64,000 nucleotides of DNA from a virus. Below, in pieces: positions 1 to 8,297 of this stretch (positions are counted from its first letter, which is position 1; every line of letters begins with the position of its first letter). The stretch is from positions 5,351 through 69,350 of IMG/VR virus record IMGVR_UViG_3300026531_000002; one strand, given 5' to 3'. The translations under genes and the position numbers were made by a program. The notes below the pieces were generated by a model, which saw only the letters and a list, made by a program, of their open reading frames with translations, did not search any database and was not told the DNA's origin.

Positions 1-2
1 GT

Positions 3-2243
3 GTTTCAGGTTATAAATATAAAGATAAAATTGTATGGGCTGATTGGGTAAATGATGGAGATATTAGTGGAGCTGAAACTTATGAATTTAAAGGTAAAAC
101 AGGAAAACCACCAGAAGGAGATGTTCCACATAATTTTTCAGGCGTAAGCAAGATAAAAGTCTTAGGGGCTTATGCACCTGCTGCTAGTGATATTAGCCTA
201 TGTGTAAATGGTTTCTATGATGCAAGAGGTATTGTTAAAGCGTGGTTTCACGAAGCAGAGCCTTTAGATTACGAATACAGACCTTTTGGAGCTTACATAG
301 GAGAAAATGCAACTACTATTCCAGCCACTAAACTAAGATTAAGTAATATGGACATAGGGAAAGGTGAGGTTTTAACATACTATGATAATGACGTAGATGA
401 CTTTATTTTTGGAAAGGTTGGGACAGCTCAAAATGATGCTGGAGAGGATACTTATACAGTATTACAGGATAAAGATGGTGAAATAAAAGTCTACCCTATG
501 AATAATATAAGTGCTGCTCCAGAAGTTGTAACAGCCCATAGAATGATATGGAGAAGCTGGAAAGATATGAACCCTATTGTTATTTTAGTTGATATTTTGT
601 TAGAACATTTACAAATCCCTGTTGATAATTTAGATTTAAGTAGTTTTAGGTATGCGGCTTTATTGTGTTATGTGGAAAGAATTACTTATAGTGTTTTAAT
701 AGATGAAGCTAAAAGTGTAGAGCAGTGGATTAAGTACCTTTTAAAGCCTATCTTTGGAGATTTATATTATGACTACCAAACAGGAAAATTAAAAATAAGC
801 TTGCAAAGACATATACCAGATGATATTTCAGAAGAAGAATTAAATGATTTAGAGATACCTGTCTTAGATGATGATGTAGTTGATGATGTAGTATTAAAAG
901 TAGGTAGTTGGTATGATGTACCTAGTAAGTTTGTTGTAAAATGGACTAACTTAGAAGAGAATAAAGTAGAAAGTTTTACAAAAGAAGATATTGCATTATA
1001 TCAAAACAACCAATTATTTAAGGCTGAAGAGCTAGATTATACTATGATAACAAGCAAAGAAACAGCAGACTTTATGGCTAAATATGCTACAAATATAAAA
1101 GCAAAACCTATTAAAGAGGTTAGATTTAAATTAAGTGCTTACACTCCTTTAGAATTAAGTATTACTAACATTATTTATTTAGAGTTAGAGAGTATAAACT
1201 TAAAAGGTTTTTATTATATTACAGAATTTGGTAGCAATAAAGAAGAGCAACCTTATATAGATGTAACGGCTATTTCAATAGGCTTAGACAGCTCTTTATA
1301 TTTTGCTAGTGAGGATACTCCTATGCCAAGTGGGGTTGATTTTAGCATCAGTACTTTACCAGTTTCTGATACGGAAATGATACAGCTTCCTGATTATGTT
1401 GGTTTAGCAGGAATTAACCCAGATAAATTTTTTGGAATTGTAAATGAATATGTACTAGCAAGTAATGATGAAATTATTGAGAAATACTATGCTAACAAAT
1501 TAGAGGGTAAAGTATGGAAAAAAGTAGAGTTAGATAGAGCTAACATTGATATAGAACATAATCAAACTGCCTTTAATGCTAAAATACAACTAGATGTGAG
1601 TAACATAGAACCTAATAGTAGTTTACAATATAGTTGTAGTGAAAGCGAGTTCCAACAAGGTAGATTACAAATGTACTTAAATGGGGTTGTGTATTTTATT
1701 AGAAAAATTTATAGTAATAACGGGGATTGGTTCATAGAGGGTGTATTATCTCCTTATAGAAATACTAACATCATAGAAGCAAGTGATGATAACTTAGGAA
1801 TTAACGTAAGTGGTTTAACAGCTTATATAAGATATGCAACATATAGCACTAAAGAAATGGAGGTTAACTTAAGTGGTGGCTATACAAAAGAGTACGCAGC
1901 TAGATTAGCAAATGATTATACAACAAGTGAAGAGGTAACTCAAACAGTTCAAATGCAGTATAAATATGTTCCTGAAACATATGCCTATAAAGCAAATGGT
2001 AAAGTATATTTTCAACCTTTACACAGCTACGCAGGAAACTTTGATTATAGATATGAAAAGGCTAGTAACTATAATTACAAACTATATGATGATAATGAAA
2101 TAGAGTTAACTGACCTTACATTAGGAATAGATGATGAGAGTGGACACTACTATTTTGAGGGGAATGATGTAGCAAATGCAGTATTTATAGGCGTAATTAA
2201 TCCTGTTACTAATATATTAACAAGAACCCCTATTGAGGTTTAA
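3..2243 (+). CDS. Central tail / tail-tip protein, 5'-truncated by the window edge
   Basis: Frame is open from base 3 into the 348 ATG. YIGENATTIP, NPIVILVDILLEHL and VDNLDLSSF segments resemble GTA/B3-type tail-tip proteins. Confidence 0.7.
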   Translation, partial: VSGYKYKDKIVWADWVNDGDISGAETYEFKGKTGKPPEGDVPHNFSGVSKIKVLGAYAPAASDISLCVNGFYDARGIVKAWFHEAEPLDYEYRPFGAYIGENATTIPATKLRLSNMDIGKGEVLTYYDNDVDDFIFGKVGTAQNDAGEDTYTVLQDKDGEIKVYPMNNISAAPEVVTAHRMIWRSWKDMNPIVILVDILLEHLQIPVDNLDLSSFRYAALLCYVERITYSVLIDEAKSVEQWIKYLLKPIFGDLYYDYQTGKLKISLQRHIPDDISEEELNDLEIPVLDDDVVDDVVLKVGSWYDVPSKFVVKWTNLEENKVESFTKEDIALYQNNQLFKAEELDYTMITSKETADFMAKYATNIKAKPIKEVRFKLSAYTPLELSITNIIYLELESINLKGFYYITEFGSNKEEQPYIDVTAISIGLDSSLYFASEDTPMPSGVDFSISTLPVSDTEMIQLPDYVGLAGINPDKFFGIVNEYVLASNDEIIEKYYANKLEGKVWKKVELDRANIDIEHNQTAFNAKIQLDVSNIEPNSSLQYSCSESEFQQGRLQMYLNGVVYFIRKIYSNNGDWFIEGVLSPYRNTNIIEASDDNLGINVSGLTAYIRYATYSTKEMEVNLSGGYTKEYAARLANDYTTSEEVTQTVQMQYKYVPETYAYKANGKVYFQPLHSYAGNFDYRYEKASNYNYKLYDDNEIELTDLTLGIDDESGHYYFEGNDVANAVFIGVINPVTNILTRTPIEV

Positions 2244-2255
2244 TTCAAATAAGAA

Positions 2256-2260
2256 CGAAA
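2256..2260 (+). promoter_or_regulatory. Putative late promoter box (CGAAA variant)
   Basis: aaCGAAAcaacaaacaaaaaagg, about 25 nt before the 2285 ATG, same layout as the other late boxes. Confidence 0.45.
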
Positions 2261-2284
2261 CAACAAACAAAAAAGGAAAAATAA

Positions 2285-2548
2285 ATGGCTGAAACAATCA
2301 CAATTACGGAAGACCAAACTTTAATCTTAGAAGGTGGAACTTTATACAAACTAGAGGGAGCAAACTTATTACAAAATCAAACTGATACAGAATTGTTTGT
2401 TTCTGAAATAGAAGCTGAAGCAGATAAACATAGAGGTTTTTTAGTGTTATACTCTCAAGTAGTGTATATGGACAATAATTTAGGCTATATCAAACCTAAA
2501 GAAGACACACAAGTTTACGTTCAAACAGCTGAAACAGCTTCTAATTAA
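2285..2548 (+). CDS. Hypothetical protein, probably virion-associated
   Basis: ORF with AAGG RBS, between tail and connector genes. Confidence 0.5.
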   Translation: MAETITITEDQTLILEGGTLYKLEGANLLQNQTDTELFVSEIEAEADKHRGFLVLYSQVVYMDNNLGYIKPKEDTQVYVQTAETASN

Positions 2549-2558
2549 GGAGAACTAA

Positions 2559-2942
2559 ATGGCACTTCCTAATGGTTTAGAAGAAATAGTAGAGCAAAGT
2601 AGTATTTGGAGACTGATTATTAACAGTAACTTTGCAAAATGCCTAGTTAAAAATAATGAAGTTTTAAGTCCAACTTTAACAAATAGTTGGGAAACTGAAA
2701 CAGATGCTAGAGCATTAAAAGTTGAGTGGAAAGGTGAACTAAGACACTTGCACGGTGTTATTAAGAATGGAAATAATGGTGAGGTTTGTAACTTAAGTGG
2801 GTTTGAACCTGATTTTGATATTTACTTTATTGCAGTAAATGCTGATGACAACTCTATTTGTAATTTAAAAATACAAAGTGACGGTAAGTTAGTATTTGAC
2901 AATGGTAATAACAGTAATGTAGTAATTAACATAGTATATTAG
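2559..2942 (+). CDS. Small tail-fibre-like protein
   Basis: LTNSW...HLHGVIKNG...LKIQSDGKL resembles beta-rich tail-fibre C-terminal modules. Confidence 0.45.
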   Translation: MALPNGLEEIVEQSSIWRLIINSNFAKCLVKNNEVLSPTLTNSWETETDARALKVEWKGELRHLHGVIKNGNNGEVCNLSGFEPDFDIYFIAVNADDNSICNLKIQSDGKLVFDNGNNSNVVINIVY

Positions 2943-2950
2943 GAGAAATT

Positions 2951-3493
2951 ATGTTTGTAGATTTATTAGAAAGATTTAAATTAATACTAGATTATGAAGC
3001 TTCAACAGTTGCTGAAGAAGAGTTTTTAATAGAGTGCTTAAAAAGTGCTGTGGTGTATGTTGAGAATTATACTCATATCATTTTCGAGTATAAGGAAATA
3101 GAAGAACTTGTATTAAGCCTAGACAGTAAACACTATTTCACTAAACATGGGTATATTCAAGAAGTTAAATACATCTTAGATGAGGATTTACAAGTAATTG
3201 ATAGTAGTGCTATCAAAGTAAAGCCTGAAAGCAACAAAGTGTACCATAGAGGCTTACTAAGACCTTTTTACACAATAAAATATAGTGTAGGTTGGAGAAG
3301 CATTGATTCAGTTCCTGAAAAGTACTTAACAAGTGTTTTACAATTAGCTAAAAAAGTGTATTTTGATTTAAAAAAAGATACGGATATTTATACAGCTGAA
3401 AGTATAACTGTAAGAGAATATACCAGAACAACTGATAAATTGCCTAATATTGTTAGAGATAATTTAGATAGAATGAGATTAGTATATTTATAG
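2951..3493 (+). CDS. Head-tail connector / head completion protein
   Basis: SAVVYVENYT...IKYSVGW...VPEKYLTSVLQLA is the HK97 gp6 / T5 p144-like pattern. Confidence 0.75.
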   Translation: MFVDLLERFKLILDYEASTVAEEEFLIECLKSAVVYVENYTHIIFEYKEIEELVLSLDSKHYFTKHGYIQEVKYILDEDLQVIDSSAIKVKPESNKVYHRGLLRPFYTIKYSVGWRSIDSVPEKYLTSVLQLAKKVYFDLKKDTDIYTAESITVREYTRTTDKLPNIVRDNLDRMRLVYL

Positions 3494-3500
3494 GTAGCTG

Positions 3501-3545
3501 ACAGGAGGCCAAAATGGTGTTTAATCATTGGGCTTCCTGTTTATT
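3501..3545. terminator. Bidirectional intrinsic terminator
   Basis: acaggaggcc...ggcttcctgt stem followed by T-run, between convergent genes. Confidence 0.6.
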
Positions 3546-3548
3546 TAT

Positions 3549-3785
3549 TTATAATTTTCTTGAACTAAACAATTCAGGAGCTAATTCAATAGCCTCTAAA
3601 ACATCTTTATCTCTATAAGTCAGCCCCATAGAAATCTTACCAGCTAGAACACCTTTAGTAAAGTTGTCTAAAGTATGACTAGCAAAAAAATACTTGCCCT
3701 CTTCAACAAACTTCTTTACCTCGCTTAAAGGTAATCTAGTCAATTTCATAACTAAGTTGATTTTTTTAATTTCATTCTTATTCAT
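3549..3785 (-). CDS. Hypothetical protein
   Basis: ORF with AAGGAG RBS. Confidence 0.6.
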   Translation of the reverse strand: MNKNEIKKINLVMKLTRLPLSEVKKFVEEGKYFFASHTLDNFTKGVLAGKISMGLTYRDKDVLEAIELAPELFSSRKL

Positions 3786-3799
3786 TGTTTTCTCCTTTC

Positions 3800-4015
3800 T
3801 TAGATTTCTTCTGTTTCAGATATTTGAAAGCCTCTTTTAAAATCTGGATTGCTAGTCTGTCTTCTAAAGATAGTAGAATCTTTATTCCACTCACCCTCAA
3901 ATCCTTTTTTATTTACAAAATCAATTAGTTTTTGCTTGTCTTTAGCCACTGCAACAACCTCTTCATCAGTATAGCCTTGTACTATATCCCAATCAATTAA
4001 TACATAAGTTTTCAT
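3800..4015 (-). CDS. Hypothetical small phage protein
   Basis: ORF with AAGGAG RBS; MKTYVL...VVAVAKDK start is common in small phage early proteins. Confidence 0.6.
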   Translation of the reverse strand: MKTYVLIDWDIVQGYTDEEVVAVAKDKQKLIDFVNKKGFEGEWNKDSTIFRRQTSNPDFKRGFQISETEEI

Positions 4016-4043
4016 CTTTATCTCCTTTTTATTTATATGTTTA

Positions 4044-4172
4044 GCAACTTTATAGTCACATTAAAAGTTTGACACACTCCCCATTGTTAAAACAAGGGGA
4101 TTCTGGTTTTAAAGCAACAGAAGCCGTTAAGGTCTTATTCTGTCTATACCAAGAGTTGATGCCCCAACTCTT
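4044..4172 (-). ncRNA. Putative TnpB omega-RNA (reRNA)-like scaffold plus flanking guide
   Basis: TGnTATAAT at 4186-4178 sits directly upstream of the gagttggggcatcaactc hairpin, the right-end hairpin and TCAA; guide would be ACTTTTAATGTGACTATAAAG. Confidence 0.5.
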
Positions 4173-4276
4173 TTAATATTATATCATACTTTTTCTTAAT
4201 TTTAATTTAAAAAGAATTGTTTAAGTAAAGCCTTATATCCCCATTGTTGAAACAAGGGGTTTTACGGCTAGTTTGG
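4069..4276 (-). mobile_element. Non-autonomous IS200/IS605-family miniature (PATE-like), 208 bp
   Basis: Minus strand: TTAT then left end ccaaactagccgtaaaaccccttgtttcaacaatggggatataaggc; right end agaatccccttgttttaacaatggggagtgtgTCAA with a near-identical hairpin; internal NIKRVGASTLG tnpB C-terminal codons; uninterrupted paralogous site at 8187-8265. Confidence 0.8.
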
Positions 4277-4380
4277 ATAATAAACCTTAAAGAAAAATAA
4301 AACCTATAACTTTTACAAAAAATATTTAATAGAAATTGAATAGGAGCCGAAACAGCCCCTTTAAAGTAGATTAGTAGGAA

Positions 4381-6636
4381 TTAAGAAGAACAACTTTCAC
4401 ATTCATCTTTTTCAGCACCTTTTAAGCCATTGAAGTAGTATAATGATTTAACTCCGTTTTTATAGCAGTCTAACCATAGCTTTGTCTCCTCCTTAATAGA
4501 GTATGACTTATCTTTATCATAAGCTAATTCATAAGTGTTAACTGACTGACCCTGCTCCATATATCTTTGTCTTATCCCTGCCAACTCAATCAAATGAGAA
4601 TTATCAAAAGTGTGTGCTAACTCATATCTGTTTCCAAGCTGTCTAAGGTCTGGAGCAGGGTTTGGAGTAGCGCCTAAATCTGTTGTTTTGATACTGATAA
4701 AGTCCTTAATAGGTTCTATACCCTCTGTTACATTAGCAATTAGAGAACTAGTAGCAGTAGGAGCGATTGCAAAATGAGTACTGAAACGAACTCCCCTTTC
4801 AAGCACTAAATCAGCAACTCTTTCATCTCTTACAAAACTTCTAACCCAATTTTCATCTTTCCACTTTGTGTTATTAATTAAAGGAAAAGCTCCTCTTTCT
4901 TTAGCAAGCATTGTAGAAGCCTCTATAACTGTTAATTGAAACTCTCTCATAGCCTTATCCATCTCTACTTTAGCCTCTTTGGAAGAGAATTTAATATTAA
5001 TTCTAGCAAAGTACTTAGCAAGGTTGTTGATACCAATTCCAATAGGTCTGTACATTTTATTAGTAAATTCTCCAGACTTATTAGGATAGAATGCTGTATC
5101 AATTAAATTATCTTGTGCTTTTAATAAGTTATAAACCATATTTAATCTATCAAACTTACTAAGTAACATAAAATGGTTGATATTAATACTTGCTAAATTA
5201 CATAACCAAGTATCTCCAACAGCTCTTGTTTTAGTTTCTGTGTATTCTTGTTCATTAAAACTATAATTAAGTTCTGTATCAACGCCTGCTAAGGGCTGTG
5301 CTGGTAACATAATTTCTTGACACAAATTACTTGTAAAAATAGTATCCTTAAAAGGCGTTGTTTCATTGTTTACAACTTCCTTAAACAGAATATAAATATT
5401 ACCTGTTTTCTTTCTTTGTTTAATAATTAAAGAAATTAAATCTCTAGCACTAACAAACTTCTTTTTAATATGAGGATTTTTCTCATATGTTTCATACATC
5501 TTATTAAATTCTTCAATAGTTTTACAATAATTTAGCCCAACCTCTTTAGGGTCAAATAAAGCAACCTGCTCATCTTTGATAGCTCTTTCAATCAACAAAT
5601 AATTAATAACAACACTTAGTTTTAAACCTCTAGCTCTTTTTTCAGGAACTCCCCCCTTATCATTAAGCATAACAAAATCCTCTATATCAAGACCCCACCA
5701 ATCATAAGCAGCAATTCCAGAACCCTTGCGAAGACCGCGCTGATTAAAAGCATTAATAGTAGCCTCATAAAGTTTTGAAAAAGGAACTATACCACTACTT
5801 TTTCCGCCTGTTAAGTCAATAGAACTACCCATACTTCTTAAAAAGCCTATATACCAACTGATACCACCTCCGTAACGGCTGTATAAGCCTGCATCATTAG
5901 TGTTTGCTAAAATAGACTCACTATCATCAGCAATATTCATAACAACACAACTAGCAACTTGTTGGGTTTTTGTTAGGGAACTAATCCATTTTGGTGTAGC
6001 TTCTGTGTAAGCAACCTCACCAGTATCCGTATTACCTGTTAAGTCGTTGTATCTTTGCTTAATAAGTGCTAAAGTATCTGCACAATATTCTTTAGGTTTA
6101 TTACTAAGTTCTTCTACAAATGGAGCTAAAGCAACTCTCATATAACCTAATTGAGGAAGCTCACCTTTGAATAGGTATTTATCAAACATATTAATAGCAC
6201 CCATAATAGTAAGCCTAAAATCTAATTCTGGTTTAATCATATTATCCAGCTCCTGCCAAACATCTGGTCGGATACCGTCAAGCTTTTCTAAATCAATCCC
6301 TACTATATTACCTGACATAATTGTTTCTGAAAAAATAGGGTATTCTCCTGCGTGTTTAATGCCATATAACTCTTTTTGTTTTTTTTGCACATAAAACCTA
6401 CCAGCTATATTGGCAAACTCTGGATACATTCTACTAATTAGATTCTTAGCTGTATCAATATATAAATCTAATAAGTCATCTGAACTTATTTCATTTCTGT
6501 TATTTATTACTTCTTCTATTTCACTTCTAAAAATAGGAATTAAACTCTCATAACCTCTAAAAGTAAATTTAATTTGATTGTCAAGTTTTCTATAATCAAA
6601 AGCCTCTATCTCACCATTTCTTTTTTTTACTTGCAT
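4381..6636 (-). CDS. nrdA: Ribonucleotide reductase class I alpha subunit
   Basis: N-terminal ATP cone (VKKRNG), ASC, SNLCQEI, APTATSS, KSLYY, C-terminal CESC. Confidence 0.95.
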   Translation of the reverse strand: MQVKKRNGEIEAFDYRKLDNQIKFTFRGYESLIPIFRSEIEEVINNRNEISSDDLLDLYIDTAKNLISRMYPEFANIAGRFYVQKKQKELYGIKHAGEYPIFSETIMSGNIVGIDLEKLDGIRPDVWQELDNMIKPELDFRLTIMGAINMFDKYLFKGELPQLGYMRVALAPFVEELSNKPKEYCADTLALIKQRYNDLTGNTDTGEVAYTEATPKWISSLTKTQQVASCVVMNIADDSESILANTNDAGLYSRYGGGISWYIGFLRSMGSSIDLTGGKSSGIVPFSKLYEATINAFNQRGLRKGSGIAAYDWWGLDIEDFVMLNDKGGVPEKRARGLKLSVVINYLLIERAIKDEQVALFDPKEVGLNYCKTIEEFNKMYETYEKNPHIKKKFVSARDLISLIIKQRKKTGNIYILFKEVVNNETTPFKDTIFTSNLCQEIMLPAQPLAGVDTELNYSFNEQEYTETKTRAVGDTWLCNLASININHFMLLSKFDRLNMVYNLLKAQDNLIDTAFYPNKSGEFTNKMYRPIGIGINNLAKYFARINIKFSSKEAKVEMDKAMREFQLTVIEASTMLAKERGAFPLINNTKWKDENWVRSFVRDERVADLVLERGVRFSTHFAIAPTATSSLIANVTEGIEPIKDFISIKTTDLGATPNPAPDLRQLGNRYELAHTFDNSHLIELAGIRQRYMEQGQSVNTYELAYDKDKSYSIKEETKLWLDCYKNGVKSLYYFNGLKGAEKDECESCSS

Positions 6637-6691
6637 ATAATTCTCCTTTTTGTTTTAATGTTATAATTGTAGTATATAGTAGCTGAAAAAG

Positions 6692-6715
6692 AGCTGAAAC
6701 GGAACTGTTTCAGCC
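6692..6715 (-). terminator. Hairpin / terminator
   Basis: gctgaaac...gtttcagc stem. Confidence 0.45.
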
Positions 6716-6716
6716 T

Positions 6717-7052
6717 TTAGTAGAATAAACCTTCGTCGCGGTAGATTATACTTGATTTACCTTTTAAATCTGTATAAGGTGGGATTATCTCAATCCATTG
6801 TCCATTGTCTAAATAGAATTTTTTTCTATCAACTTTAATAATTGAGTAACCCATTTCTCTAATAAGAAATCTTAATAAATACTCCAAATAAGGAACTGAA
6901 ACAGAATTTAAAGCAACAACTGTTACATTGTTTCCAAAGTCTGTTTCAGTTAAAGCTTGTATCAGCATATTAGTAGTTTTTCCACTACCTCTACCTGTTA
7001 CTACTCTATTAAATGTATTATGAACTCTATCAATATCTAATTTTTTAGCCAT
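6717..7052 (-). CDS. Small P-loop-containing protein
   Basis: Walker A-like GRGSGKTT in a 111-aa ORF. Confidence 0.55.
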   Translation of the reverse strand: MAKKLDIDRVHNTFNRVVTGRGSGKTTNMLIQALTETDFGNNVTVVALNSVSVPYLEYLLRFLIREMGYSIIKVDRKKFYLDNGQWIEIIPPYTDLKGKSSIIYRDEGLFY

Positions 7053-7054
7053 AT

Positions 7055-7504
7055 TTAGTCCTTGTTAGTAGAGCCTAAACCACCATTTCTTTGCTTGTTT
7101 TCTCTATATTTATTGCCTAATAGAGTGTTACCTTGATGTTCCATAATAAGAATTTGTGCAACCCTATCTCCTTTATTGATAACAAAAGGCTCACTATTCA
7201 AATTGTGTACAATCAATTTTACTTCATCTGTATAGTCAGCATCTAAAATACCTGTACCAGCAAGTAACCCTTTAGCTCTTAAAGAGCTTCTTAGTTCTAA
7301 CTGAATAAAAATATCCTGCATAACAATCTTTTCAAGACCGTCAAGGTCTTCCCAATCATAACTAAAACCTAATGGAATAATAGCTGTTGAATTAGCTGGT
7401 AAGGTTACAGTAACCCTGCTTACACAATCATATCCTGCACTATATTCAGTCTTAGCTTTTGGTATACAATCAATTTCTTTGTCTAAGTTTTTAAAGTTAA
7501 TCAT
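7055..7504 (-). CDS. dut: Trimeric dUTPase
   Basis: SAGYD, RSSL, GILDADY, GDRVAQ, RNGGLGST motifs. Confidence 0.93.
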   Translation of the reverse strand: MINFKNLDKEIDCIPKAKTEYSAGYDCVSRVTVTLPANSTAIIPLGFSYDWEDLDGLEKIVMQDIFIQLELRSSLRAKGLLAGTGILDADYTDEVKLIVHNLNSEPFVINKGDRVAQILIMEHQGNTLLGNKYRENKQRNGGLGSTNKD

Positions 7505-7845
7505 TAATCCCCCTTTAATACTTTAGCAGTTGCCGCTGCCATTAAAATATCAATAGTTTGTTTATTACTCTTGTCAATATAACACATAAGTTTTTTATAA
7601 TATTCATATGGAGTATCCTTATCAAGGCTGTCAAGGCTCTCTAATTTACCACTCATTAATAATTCTGGCACAATATATACAGTAAGAGCATCTAACCCTA
7701 ACAATAAAAGACCTAAAAGCTCTTCATCAGTTGGCTCTCTATACCCATTTGTTTGTGCTTCTACAACATAATCAGCAGCTTTACTTATAATACTCTCTTT
7801 ATCCTCTAATTTTTTTGGTACATTTAATTCATCTATTGTTCTCAT
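7504..7845 (-). CDS. Hypothetical protein
   Basis: ORF translationally coupled to dut. Confidence 0.6.
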   Translation of the reverse strand: MRTIDELNVPKKLEDKESIISKAADYVVEAQTNGYREPTDEELLGLLLLGLDALTVYIVPELLMSGKLESLDSLDKDTPYEYYKKLMCYIDKSNKQTIDILMAAATAKVLKGD

Positions 7846-7858
7846 TTTGTATCCTTTC

Positions 7859-8161
7859 TTATGCTTCTAAAAATTCTATTTGGTCTAAAGTTACAATGCT
7901 TTCTGCACCATCATACTCTTCAATATAAAACTTAGTCCCCTTTGGAACAAACTCAAAATCAAGGTCTTCAAAATATATAGCATCCTTGCCTAGCCCGTAT
8001 CTCTCCTCTAAGATAGAGAAAAATCTTTTTTCATCATTATTTAATACAGCCTCTACTAAATCCTTATCCATTGGGTTAATATTATTCCAAGTTGAAAACC
8101 CAGCACCAAAATTAGGTGAAATAATAACACCAACCATATTGTCTTTGATAAATTTTTCCAT
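7859..8161 (-). CDS. Conserved hypothetical phage protein
   Basis: SPNFGAGFSTWN...FYIEEYDGAESI is a recurrent small phage protein pattern. Confidence 0.65.
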   Translation of the reverse strand: MEKFIKDNMVGVIISPNFGAGFSTWNNINPMDKDLVEAVLNNDEKRFFSILEERYGLGKDAIYFEDLDFEFVPKGTKFYIEEYDGAESIVTLDQIEFLEA

Positions 8162-8186
8162 TTCATTTCCTTTTAAAATTAATTTT

Positions 8187-8265
8187 GCGACTTCATAGTC
8201 ACATTAGAAGTATAACAAACAAAACCTTAAATAAAAATAAAACTTATAGATTTTACAAAAGAAAT
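8187..8265 (-). promoter_or_regulatory. sigma70-type promoter and leader; intact paralogue of the IS-interrupted promoter at 4044-4325
   Basis: Minus strand: ttaagg...tgtTATACTtctaatgtgactatgaagtcgc. Confidence 0.65.
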
Positions 8266-8297
8266 TTGAAAGAGTTGAGGCGGAAGCCTCATAAGTA

